From IMG/VR virus record IMGVR_UViG_3300035698_007246, positions 1 through 64,000 of that record: 64,000 nucleotides of DNA; one strand, written 5' to 3'. Both the position numbers and the translations under genes were made by a program. The notes under the pieces were generated by a model, which was not told the DNA's origin, did not search any database, and saw only the letters and a list, made by a program, of their open reading frames with translations. Below, piece by piece: positions 38,035-47,240 of the stretch (position 1 is its first letter; each line of letters begins with the position of its first letter). This DNA is from a virus.

Positions 38035-39537
38035 ATGTCTGATTTGAAACAAGAAAAAAATGATGTGAGTGCAGTTGAAGCTGAAGCGGTTACAATGACT
38101 GAAGAAAAGATTGTAGTACCGAAGAAGATGTTTAAAAGAGACAGTCTTTTTAAACATCTCTATGACTCATATGGAAACATTTCAAATGTGTTGGGTCTTA
38201 TCGACATGTTATTTAAAAATGGTGAGAATGAAAATGGAGTTTATAAAGCGGTAAAACGATACACACCGTTTGCGTTATTCGGATATGACCTCGGTGGTCG
38301 TATAAAAGATTTTTACAAAAACCAAAACAGAGATGTTTCCGATGATAGGAGCGACAGAATTAGAGCCATTTTGGAAATTGAGCAAACTAATAATTACTGG
38401 ACGCATGATGATGATGGATGTAAATTAAATTCAGAAATTCTTGAATGGTTACTTAAGTCTCCTTTAGTACACAAATTTAAAATATTAAAATATGTTGAGC
38501 TTAATGAAAACAAAGTGATGAGCTATGTTGGTTCTGTAGAGAACTTTTCTGAGATATCAATGGTGATTGAATACAAAGAAGTTAAGATTTTAATAAATTG
38601 CAATGTGTCAGGCGGCAATGATAGTATCAAAAGAAAATTTTGTTCGTTTAATGGTTTATGTGTCGAACGTTCAGTAAAGTTTAATAGATTTGAATTTTTG
38701 AAATCAATCTATCTTGAATACCTTGAGACTCTCAATTTTAGAGAGAACGTATTATCATATGACCATGATATTAAAAAACGTTCTCGTATTAAAGATTGTG
38801 ATTTTGATTTTCAAACATTGAATTTCAAGAAATTGAAGAGTGAAATAATCACCACTCTTGATAATGGGGAACGTAGAGGTTATATTCTTGCTGGGAATCC
38901 CGGAACAGGTAAGACTTCTGTTCTGTTGAGATTGGAAAAGGAATTAACAAAATACCCAATTCTGTATGTGGCTCCTCATAATTTACAGAGTGACAACACA
39001 ATTAGTATTCTTTTCTCGTTTCTAAAAACAATCAGTCCTTGTCTCGTGGTTTTGGAAGACATGGATAGTTATGCACTGAATGATAAGAATGAACGTACTG
39101 GTGCGTTGTTATCTTATATTGATAACAGTAAGGACCCTATCGAGGTAGTGTTCATTGCAACTATTAATGACAGTTGTAAGTTGAATTATTCTATTGTACG
39201 TCCGGGACGTTTTGATGAAATAATTGATGTACAAGAGCCGAAGTTCAATGGAGAAATTTATAATGTGATGAAGACACATTACAATAAACAGAAATTGAAA
39301 AATAAACATTATGCTGATAAAGAGTTTATAAAACAAAGTAAAATTTCTTGGATGACATTCTGGAGACTAAAGAAATATAAATTCACTCAAGCTGAGTATT
39401 GTGAAATAGCTCAGAAAATAATGTTACAAAAATGGAATTTCAATAATAAAACTTTTATTAACAGTCGTGATAAGTTATTGGATTCTCGTAAATCAATTAA
39501 GAAATATAAAAGAGAAAATAACAAAGGTAGAGGTTAA
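38035..39537 (+). CDS. AAA+ ATPase (classic AAA clade)
   Basis: Walker A GNPGTGKT, Walker B VVLEDMD, second-region-of-homology RPGRFDE. Confidence 0.55.
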   Translation: MSDLKQEKNDVSAVEAEAVTMTEEKIVVPKKMFKRDSLFKHLYDSYGNISNVLGLIDMLFKNGENENGVYKAVKRYTPFALFGYDLGGRIKDFYKNQNRDVSDDRSDRIRAILEIEQTNNYWTHDDDGCKLNSEILEWLLKSPLVHKFKILKYVELNENKVMSYVGSVENFSEISMVIEYKEVKILINCNVSGGNDSIKRKFCSFNGLCVERSVKFNRFEFLKSIYLEYLETLNFRENVLSYDHDIKKRSRIKDCDFDFQTLNFKKLKSEIITTLDNGERRGYILAGNPGTGKTSVLLRLEKELTKYPILYVAPHNLQSDNTISILFSFLKTISPCLVVLEDMDSYALNDKNERTGALLSYIDNSKDPIEVVFIATINDSCKLNYSIVRPGRFDEIIDVQEPKFNGEIYNVMKTHYNKQKLKNKHYADKEFIKQSKISWMTFWRLKKYKFTQAEYCEIAQKIMLQKWNFNNKTFINSRDKLLDSRKSIKKYKRENNKGRG

Positions 39538-39832
39538 TGGATGTTAAACAAGTAATTGTTAGGTGACTTGTGATAATATTGATGTTATGTTAGAAAAATC
39601 AGTGTATGGTATTCTAATTAAGTTAATATTATTTTTTAAACAGAATTCATTTTTTATTTTATCATTATGTTGATGTAATTATTTTCAAAGTTTGGGAGGT
39701 TGTGATGTATAAAGGAATTGCTGGTGCTATTAAAATATTGTTTATTATTTGTTGTATAAGGAAATTAGTTGAGATAGCAATATGGTTATTTAACCATGTA
39801 AGTATAAATTGGAAATAAAGGAGTAACAAACA

Positions 39833-40312
39833 ATGATTCAAGAAGCTGTGAACACAATTGTTGAAAAGATTGCAGATGCAGAAGTAAAAGCTGCTGTTAA
39901 AGAAAAAGTTGATAACAGAATTGACTCTTTGGTAACAACTCAAATCAATAAGGTTTTGGAAAAAGGTATTGCAGGTGCAATTGAAAAGACCCTCACTAAA
40001 AAGTTCAACCCAATCTTGAAACAGATTGAGAAAATAGATGTTACGTCTATTGTTGCTAATATTGCTAAAATTAGTCTTGGTGATGAAATTGATGGGATGA
40101 TTACAGAGTTGAGTGGCATTATCAAATTAAAAATCAAAACTGGTATTGAACAAGCAAAACTCATTGAAGTTGACGTATCCTCTGTGAACGTGAAAGCCAA
40201 TGAAATAATTGCGGAAGAGATTGAAGACATCCTTGATGATGATGACGATGTTAAAGATGTGATTCAAAGGGGTGTGGTGAATCATCTTAAAGAAAAATTG
40301 AAGGTGGAATAG
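39833..40312 (+). CDS. hypothetical protein (amphipathic/coiled)
   Basis: GGAG RBS. I/K/E-rich. Confidence 0.45.
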   Translation: MIQEAVNTIVEKIADAEVKAAVKEKVDNRIDSLVTTQINKVLEKGIAGAIEKTLTKKFNPILKQIEKIDVTSIVANIAKISLGDEIDGMITELSGIIKLKIKTGIEQAKLIEVDVSSVNVKANEIIAEEIEDILDDDDDVKDVIQRGVVNHLKEKLKVE

Positions 40313-40314
40313 TT

Positions 40315-40737
40315 ATGGGTTATAAAACATCCTTTAGTGGGTCATTTAAATTAAATAAACAACTTTCAGTAGAACATCTCAAGAAGTACAGAGACTTTTG
40401 TAACACCCGACATGAGAATGAATGGACTGCAAAGGTAGGTTCTATGTATTGTCAGTGGATAGCAAACGAAGATGGTACTGAGATTGAAGCTGAAGGTCAA
40501 ATATTTTATGAGTTTCAGAAATGGATTAAGTTTTTGATTGCTAATTTCTTTACCACTCATGGATATTCTTTAACAGGGATTGTTAAGTGGCAAGGTGAAG
40601 AGATTGGTGATATTGGAATAATTGCAATAAAAGATAATGAAGTAAAGATACTATTCTTTGATTTGTTTGAAAAGTCGGATGATAAAATCTTTGCTTCGAT
40701 GTTTCCCGACCCTGTTACTATTGAAAATAAAAAATAA
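40315..40737 (+). CDS. hypothetical protein
   Basis: Starts 3 nt after previous stop. Confidence 0.45.
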   Translation: MGYKTSFSGSFKLNKQLSVEHLKKYRDFCNTRHENEWTAKVGSMYCQWIANEDGTEIEAEGQIFYEFQKWIKFLIANFFTTHGYSLTGIVKWQGEEIGDIGIIAIKDNEVKILFFDLFEKSDDKIFASMFPDPVTIENKK

Positions 40738-40749
40738 ACATTGACATTG

Positions 40750-40788
40750 AAATCCCCCTGAATTAATTTTAGGGGGATTTCTTTTTAT
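40750..40788 (+). terminator. rho-independent terminator
   Basis: AAATCCCCCT...AGGGGGATTT followed by CTTTTT. Confidence 0.7.
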
Positions 40789-40815
40789 GGTGGTCAAATA
40801 AAAATAAAATAAGTC

Positions 40816-40844
40816 TTGACATTGATTTGACCAAATATTATATT
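40816..40844 (+). promoter_or_regulatory. sigma70-like promoter (TTGACA-N17-TATATT)
   Basis: GTCTTGACATTGATTTGACCAAATATTATATT. Confidence 0.55.
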
Positions 40845-40883
40845 AAGTTTGAAATTTTAAAGTACTTGAAAGTTGGTGGAATA

Positions 40884-41936
40884 ATGAGTCTTTGGTATGA
40901 TGATGTAGTTGAAATTGAAAAACGTTTTAATGATGGTCGTAATAAGCTACAGTTCTTAAATGACCTATTTGATGAAAGAAATATTGCTGGTTATGACCGT
41001 GAAGAAAGACTATCTGAGTTTTATATATTGTATCAATGGAGTTTAGATACATGTGGTAATGCGTTGAAAATTACTAATTATGATAGAATGATTTTGGGTA
41101 AGCCGGATTTTGGATTACCTGATATTTTAATTCAAACAAGAGAGCAGATATTTGAAGAGTTAAAAGCTCATGGGATTGATAGTGTTTGTGCTGAAAGTAG
41201 TTCAGATTTACCTGCACATGATATCCAGTGTTCAGTGTGTGGTGATATGTGGAACATCGACAACTGCACAGACGTTCATGTTGGTAGTGATTATGAGATG
41301 TTTGATTTGAAAGACTATGTTGGGAAACCAATTAGCTTTGTTCAGGAAGAATTAAAAAAGAAACGAAACGCGGAATATAGATTGTTCTGGGGTGACAGCA
41401 ATACCAGTATTAAAAATACAAAATATATTGATTTGACTCCTGAATATAAAAACCCGAAAAGTGATTATCAAAAACGATGTGTCTTGAATAAAAATGGATG
41501 GATTGGTAAAAAATACGCTGATGAACATTTCGAAGGTGAATATATTATTCAGGGGGGTGATGAAGCCAATATCATTATTTATAAGTACAGACACAAAAAA
41601 TGCAAACGTAATAGTATGGTGGAAAACAATTTAGAATTCTTTAAAGAAATTTTCAAAGAAGCAGGAATAGAAATTGTTAAAATAGCAAACATTCGGAATC
41701 AATATTGTGATTGTATTGAATGCTCACCGTGGTTAACTGTTACAACTAAAAAGGGTGATATCACTCTTGGGTGGAGAAAACGAGTAATCAATATAGATTT
41801 TGGTGCTATGAATGATACAGTTGATATACCGACTGTGTTTGCAAAGGAAGACGTGACAACAAGTTCTAATTCTATTCATGCATGGGGTAAAGACAAATGC
41901 GTTGAATATTTGAAGACATTTTATAATTTAATATAA
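40884..41936 (+). CDS. hypothetical Cys-rich protein
   Basis: ATG after GGTGGA RBS, downstream of the promoter. The ATG at 40827 lies inside the promoter. Confidence 0.45.
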   Translation: MSLWYDDVVEIEKRFNDGRNKLQFLNDLFDERNIAGYDREERLSEFYILYQWSLDTCGNALKITNYDRMILGKPDFGLPDILIQTREQIFEELKAHGIDSVCAESSSDLPAHDIQCSVCGDMWNIDNCTDVHVGSDYEMFDLKDYVGKPISFVQEELKKKRNAEYRLFWGDSNTSIKNTKYIDLTPEYKNPKSDYQKRCVLNKNGWIGKKYADEHFEGEYIIQGGDEANIIIYKYRHKKCKRNSMVENNLEFFKEIFKEAGIEIVKIANIRNQYCDCIECSPWLTVTTKKGDITLGWRKRVINIDFGAMNDTVDIPTVFAKEDVTTSSNSIHAWGKDKCVEYLKTFYNLI

Positions 41937-41964
41937 TTCAAAAATCTTTTTCAAAGGGGGATGT

Positions 41965-42477
41965 ATGAATAATAGTTGGTTAATGTATTGGATATTAATA
42001 CTGGTTATAATGTTTGGTGCATTTGATTCTGATGGTGCAACATTTTCAGGAAACAATTATCCAGACTCACTTAAATTGTATGAACCAATTAAAAGTGATT
42101 ATCAAAATAAGCATAGACCGTTCATTGATGTGGACTTCTATCTTAAGGGTAAAGTAATTGAGTCAAAAGAGACAACAATTTCTGATGATTATGTGCCTGT
42201 GACATACTATTGGTTGTTTGTTAATACAAAAAAGGGAATTGCTAATTGTAAAGTTGTTGATAGTATTTATAACAAATATGATGTTGGTAATAAAATTGGT
42301 GTGGATACAGCAAAACCTAAAGCCGAAATAAATCAGGGAAATTCTGACAATACACAACCACCACAAGATGATGATGTCCGTGGTTATGGTATCATAGTAA
42401 CTATATTTATTGCGTTTATAAGTGCTGTGTTATTATTTGGAATAATTACATTTTTTATATCAATGTTGGAGGCGTAA
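41965..42477 (+). CDS. membrane protein (N- and C-terminal TM helices)
   Basis: GGGGGA RBS. Hydrophobic termini. Confidence 0.4.
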   Translation: MNNSWLMYWILILVIMFGAFDSDGATFSGNNYPDSLKLYEPIKSDYQNKHRPFIDVDFYLKGKVIESKETTISDDYVPVTYYWLFVNTKKGIANCKVVDSIYNKYDVGNKIGVDTAKPKAEINQGNSDNTQPPQDDDVRGYGIIVTIFIAFISAVLLFGIITFFISMLEA

Positions 42478-42478
42478 T

Positions 42479-43699
42479 ATGAAATTATTTAGGAAACATT
42501 GTATTGAATCATTAGCGGATACAGATTTATATAAATTAACTATGTTGTATGTATTCTGGAAAAAATATAGAGACCATAAAGGTACATATAAATACACTTG
42601 TCGTAGTGACCATAATTTGATACCTTATAAATCAGAAATATTTAAAGAAATTCATCACCTATCTACATTAAAATTTCAAAAAACAGAATTGGAATACATT
42701 AAAAATCTTGGTTTATTTAATAATGATTTTATGGAATATTTAAAGACATTTCAATTGAATATTAAAGATTTAAATATATTTGAACATAATGGTAAATTAC
42801 AAATAGAAGTAACAGGAAATGTTATAAATTCTATGATGTATGAAGTATACATTTTAGCAATCGTATCTGAAGTATATAATAGAAATGTGTATGACGGTAT
42901 AGATATAACTGAAGGTGAGAAAAGATTAAAGACTAAAGTTGAAACTATACATAGTTCTAATATTGTTGGAATATATGCAAAATATGTTGATATGGGAACT
43001 CGTAGACGATTTTCTCATTTGTGGCAAGAATATACTATTAAATATCAATTAGATTACATTAAAAATCTTGGTTTATTTAATAATGATTTTATTGGCACAA
43101 GTAATGTATATTTTGCTATGAAATTTGGGTGTAAATGTTACGGAAGTCAGGCTCATGAAATTCAAAGTTTTTATCAATCCATGTGTCATGTTAAAGATTC
43201 ATTAAAAAAATGTTTTGATGATTGGATTGATGTGTATGGAGCTACGTTAGGAACTGTATTGTCTGATACATTAACAGTTGATGTGTTTTTAAAAAATTTT
43301 GATAAAAAATATGCAATATTATTTAATTCTGTCAGAGAAGATTCTGCTAATAATTTGGAAGAGTTTGTGGACAAAATAATAAATCATTATAAAAAATTGG
43401 ATATTGTCCCAACAACAAAATCTATAATATTTAGTAATAGTTTAAATTTTAATAAAGCAATACATATTGCAACCTATTGTAATGGTAAAATAGGATGTTC
43501 GTTTGGAATAGGGACAAATCTTACTAATGATATGGGTGATGATGTTACTCCAGTACAAAGTGTAATGAAACTTATTTTTGCAGGTAAAGAATTTAATGAT
43601 ATGAGACCTGTTTGTAAACTTTCGGATATATCAGAAAAAAGTTGTGGTGGCTCTCAACAACAAATTGATTATGTTAAGCATGAACTTGGATTAATTTAG
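42479..43699 (+). CDS. pncB: type II phosphoribosyltransferase, nicotinate/nicotinamide PRTase family (PncB-like)
   Basis: N-terminal LADTDLYKLTM (compare PncB LDTDAYKLHM), GTRRRFS, GTSNVYFA...GSQAHE in PncB order. 406 aa. Contains a 37-nt perfect internal direct repeat. Confidence 0.55.
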   Translation: MKLFRKHCIESLADTDLYKLTMLYVFWKKYRDHKGTYKYTCRSDHNLIPYKSEIFKEIHHLSTLKFQKTELEYIKNLGLFNNDFMEYLKTFQLNIKDLNIFEHNGKLQIEVTGNVINSMMYEVYILAIVSEVYNRNVYDGIDITEGEKRLKTKVETIHSSNIVGIYAKYVDMGTRRRFSHLWQEYTIKYQLDYIKNLGLFNNDFIGTSNVYFAMKFGCKCYGSQAHEIQSFYQSMCHVKDSLKKCFDDWIDVYGATLGTVLSDTLTVDVFLKNFDKKYAILFNSVREDSANNLEEFVDKIINHYKKLDIVPTTKSIIFSNSLNFNKAIHIATYCNGKIGCSFGIGTNLTNDMGDDVTPVQSVMKLIFAGKEFNDMRPVCKLSDISEKSCGGSQQQIDYVKHELGLI

Positions 43700-43744
43700 T
43701 AATATGTTTTTTAAAATATCATTTATGTTATTAAAATTTCAATA

Positions 43745-43753
43745 TGGTATAAT
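43745..43753 (+). promoter_or_regulatory. extended -10 promoter (TGGTATAAT)
   Basis: TGnTATAAT 36 nt upstream of the next ATG. No -35 needed. Confidence 0.4.
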
Positions 43754-43788
43754 ATATATTTGTTTAAAAATGAATAGGAGATATAATT

Positions 43789-44043
43789 ATGATAACTGTA
43801 TTAACAAAGGAAGAATGCATACAATTTAATTGTGAGAGTTATGCTAAAGAAAAGAAGTTTCTTGAGGTATTAGATTATCATAAAACTAATAACACTGGGA
43901 AAACATTAAAAGTTTCATCAGAGCAATTCGATTTGGGTGAAAAGAAAATAGACCCAATGGATGTGGACTTTATTGAACAAGAAAATCGAAAGTATTATTC
44001 TGAAGTGGGTACTGCTATCAAAAATTTGATTGGAGATTTGTAA
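43789..44043 (+). CDS. hypothetical protein
   Basis: TAGGAGA RBS. Confidence 0.4.
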   Translation: MITVLTKEECIQFNCESYAKEKKFLEVLDYHKTNNTGKTLKVSSEQFDLGEKKIDPMDVDFIEQENRKYYSEVGTAIKNLIGDL

Positions 44044-44627
44044 TGGTTAAGAATTTACATACAGCAAATGTCAGGAACAAATTGTCTCCGTTACAATTGG
44101 TTATTGATTTGCTTACAAATAAAGATTCTAAAGTGACTCTTGAATTTATACAAGAAGTTGCTAAGCAGGGGAAGACATCAATCCTTGGGATTTTAAAAGA
44201 GCTTGATGGAATAGAAGCTCATGGTAATGAGGTTATCGAGAATCCCCTTATTGAAAAGGCTACTGATAGAATATTGCCTACCAATCTCGAAGATGTGCTT
44301 ATTGATATAATGAGAACTGCTACTCCAGAATCTTGTACGAAATTTAAAAATGTCCCTGAAGACATGTGTGGTGATGGTGGGTATGTTTTCAATGGTCGTG
44401 CTATGAGAAATAATTATGACCTGTGGATTAAATCTGATATTACAAAATGGTTTGCCGAACGCAATGTATTTTATGCTGATGACTCATGTGTTATTATTTT
44501 CAGGGCATTGTGGTATAAGTTAAATGGGAAAGAATATGATATGGAACCTGATGTTAAAAGATTTCAAGCACATTGGGATTCACTTAATCATGATATTAAA
44601 AAAGAATATAACGAAAGGAATATATAA
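44043..44627 (+). CDS. hypothetical protein
   Basis: ATGG overlap coupling. Confidence 0.4.
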   Translation: MVKNLHTANVRNKLSPLQLVIDLLTNKDSKVTLEFIQEVAKQGKTSILGILKELDGIEAHGNEVIENPLIEKATDRILPTNLEDVLIDIMRTATPESCTKFKNVPEDMCGDGGYVFNGRAMRNNYDLWIKSDITKWFAERNVFYADDSCVIIFRALWYKLNGKEYDMEPDVKRFQAHWDSLNHDIKKEYNERNI

Positions 44628-44663
44628 TTATGAGTCATTTTTGCAGTATTAGTAGTTGGAGAT

Positions 44664-45335
44664 ATGATGTTTAAATATTTGGGAATTACAGGGGCACCTG
44701 CCTGTGGTAAAAGTTATTTCAGCAAAATGGTTGTTGAAGTATGTAAAGAATATTTCATAGAAGTTCATCACATTGATTTTGATAAACTCGCTCATGATAT
44801 ATACGTTGATGATTATATGGGAGTGTGTTATAAAATTAAAGAACAATGGAATGGTGTTGTTAAAGTTAATAATCTCAACACATGGATTCAATCAGCTACT
44901 GTTGACAGAAAGAAACTCGGTGAGATTGTTTTTAATAATCCTGGTTGTCTTAGTACGTTAGATGATATTATGAAGGAACCAATGAAATGTAAAATAAAAG
45001 AAACTCTTAAAGATAAGACTGGTCTTATTCTTATGGATTGTGCTTTAATGGCGGAACATAAGTTGTTTGATTATTGTGGTGGTAAATGTGTTGTGATTGA
45101 TGTTCCAAAAGAAATTCAACACAAACGATTAAAAGAGCGTGGGCTTTCTGATGATTTCATTGAAAATATGTTGGGTAGCCAATTGCTTAGTAAAGGTAAA
45201 ATGAAAAGGTTGGTAGATAATGATGTTAATGTTTGGTATGAAGATTTATATCATAAAAGGAAACCAACGGTTCAGAAATTAGTTATAAGAAATATATTAA
45301 GAAATTTGGTTTTTAATGAAGGGGACTTGTTGTAA
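44664..45335 (+). CDS. P-loop nucleotide/nucleoside kinase-like protein
   Basis: LGITGAPACGKSYFSK Walker A at extreme N-terminus (dephospho-CoA kinase / nucleoside kinase-like architecture). Confidence 0.35.
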   Translation: MMFKYLGITGAPACGKSYFSKMVVEVCKEYFIEVHHIDFDKLAHDIYVDDYMGVCYKIKEQWNGVVKVNNLNTWIQSATVDRKKLGEIVFNNPGCLSTLDDIMKEPMKCKIKETLKDKTGLILMDCALMAEHKLFDYCGGKCVVIDVPKEIQHKRLKERGLSDDFIENMLGSQLLSKGKMKRLVDNDVNVWYEDLYHKRKPTVQKLVIRNILRNLVFNEGDLL

Positions 45336-46820
45336 ATGGAACAAATCATATGGACTGATGAACAGGAAGCAATCATCGGAAGCGAAGGAGACATCAAAGT
45401 GAATGCGATAGCTGGGTCAGGTAAGACATCAGTGTTGGTTGAATACTGTAGAAGACGACCGGATGTAAAGTTTTTATATCTGGTATTCAATGCTTCAGCC
45501 AAAGCAGACGCTATTATTAAATTTAAAAATGCAGGTGTTAGTAATGTGGAAGTGTACACTGCACATTCATTAGCATATCGAAAAATTGTATTCCTACATG
45601 GATACAAGGTTAAGAACACTTATAATGCTTACGAAATTAAAAATATTTTAGGACTTGAAGGTATTGGATATTTTGGTTTCATTTTAGCGACTCATGTAAG
45701 CCGTTTGATGGAGCTTTACTTTAATTCAACATATGAGTCCCCTGATGAATTAAAAGACCGTTATAAACATGCTCTGTCGTCTGAGGAGGCAGTGGTATTC
45801 TATACAGCTAATAAAGATATTATTATGAGTGGTGTTAAGGAATTAATAAATCGAATGGATGATGGTGACATGCCTGTGACCCATTCATTTTATCTTAAGA
45901 AATATCAATTGGGTAATCCTAAATTACCGTATGATTGTGTACTCTATGATGAAATGCAAGATAGTTCAGGTGTTATGATTGATATTTTCATGAAACAAAA
46001 ATGTCAAAAAATCTGTGTTGGGGATGATAATCAGGCAATATATGGATGGAGAGGTGCTGTAAATGCTTTAAAGGGTATACATTTTAAAGAATTACCATTA
46101 ACATATAGTTTCAGATTCAATCAGAACATTGCTGATAAAGCAATGAGGTGTCTTGATTTGAAAAAGATTGTTAATCCTAAGTTTGAAAGGTCTGATATTG
46201 TTGGGACTAATACTAATCCTTCAAAAGAAAATTCAGCAACGGCTGTGCTTGCCAGAACAAATCTTTTATTATTTGAGGAAGCTATGTGTGTTGTGGTTAA
46301 TGATGATACTAAAAAGATTTATTTTGAAGGTGATTTAAAAAGTTATACATTCATGAATGGAATATCTATTTATGATGTGTATAATTTACATTATGGTAAC
46401 AAGTCTTACATTAGAAATCCTCTTATAAAAATGATGAAGAAACCGTCTGACTTGGATGATTATATTAAAAAAACTGAGGATAAAAACTTAGAGATGTTGG
46501 TGAAGATTGTAAACAAATATGGTAAAAGTTTACCATCGAAGTTCAAAAGATTGGGTGAAATCAATCTTCCAAAAGATAAACGACATGAAGCAGATATAGT
46601 GTTTACTACAATTCATAAGGCCAAGGGCTTAGAATACCACACTGTCAAGCTAATGGATGATTTCATCACAAAGGCAAGTATTTATGAGAAAAAGAAAAAG
46701 AAAACAGATAAAATTAATATTGCTGGGATTATAGAAGAATGTAATATACTTTACGTTGCAATTACCCGTGTTAAAAATGAATTAATTTTACCTGAATCTT
46801 TAGAATTTTTAAATGAATAG
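45336..46820 (+). CDS. SF1 UvrD/PcrA-like DNA helicase
   Basis: Walker A AIAGSGKTS after EQEAII (motif I). Motif VI TIHKAKGLEYHTVKL. Confidence 0.5.
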   Translation: MEQIIWTDEQEAIIGSEGDIKVNAIAGSGKTSVLVEYCRRRPDVKFLYLVFNASAKADAIIKFKNAGVSNVEVYTAHSLAYRKIVFLHGYKVKNTYNAYEIKNILGLEGIGYFGFILATHVSRLMELYFNSTYESPDELKDRYKHALSSEEAVVFYTANKDIIMSGVKELINRMDDGDMPVTHSFYLKKYQLGNPKLPYDCVLYDEMQDSSGVMIDIFMKQKCQKICVGDDNQAIYGWRGAVNALKGIHFKELPLTYSFRFNQNIADKAMRCLDLKKIVNPKFERSDIVGTNTNPSKENSATAVLARTNLLLFEEAMCVVVNDDTKKIYFEGDLKSYTFMNGISIYDVYNLHYGNKSYIRNPLIKMMKKPSDLDDYIKKTEDKNLEMLVKIVNKYGKSLPSKFKRLGEINLPKDKRHEADIVFTTIHKAKGLEYHTVKLMDDFITKASIYEKKKKKTDKINIAGIIEECNILYVAITRVKNELILPESLEFLNE

Positions 46821-46869
46821 ATAATTATCTATATGTGACACATTATCATTTCTTGAATTATGAATTAAT

Positions 46870-46990
46870 TTAATGATTAGATTTAATTAAATTTTCTTCT
46901 GCGGTTAAAATTTGTAAATTAGAATAATGAAAACAATGTTGTTGCTCTTCAGGCTTTGATAAATTAAAAGAAGTACATGGTTTAACGTGG
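46870..46990 (-). pseudogene. C-terminal fragment of HNH homing endonuclease
   Basis: Encodes only IDHVKPCTSFNLSKPEEQQHCFHYSNLQILTAEENLIKSNH. About 80% nt identity to the 3' end of the HNH pseudogene at 59966-60544. Confidence 0.45.
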
Positions 46991-47240
46991 TCAATATAAT
47001 ACAAAAGGAGAAGTTGATAAATGGAAACGGAAACAGAAAAATTAAAAGAAAATGATTGCAAGTTAACCGACGCTAAAGGAGTAGTTGTGAAAACATTTAG
47101 ATTGCAGAAAATATTGGGAATATTTGGAAATGCTTTAATGATTTATTTGTTGCTTGGGTTTGTGGAACCAAATCGAATGTTTCAAGTTGCATTAATGTTG
47201 GGATGTTTTGGATATGTTAATGCAACGATTTGGAGAAATT

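Noticed and set aside
40827-40883. Upstream ATG of the ORF-track model 40827-41936
   Set aside because: Lies within or upstream of the -10 box of the promoter at 40816-40844. The start at 40884 follows a GGTGGA RBS.
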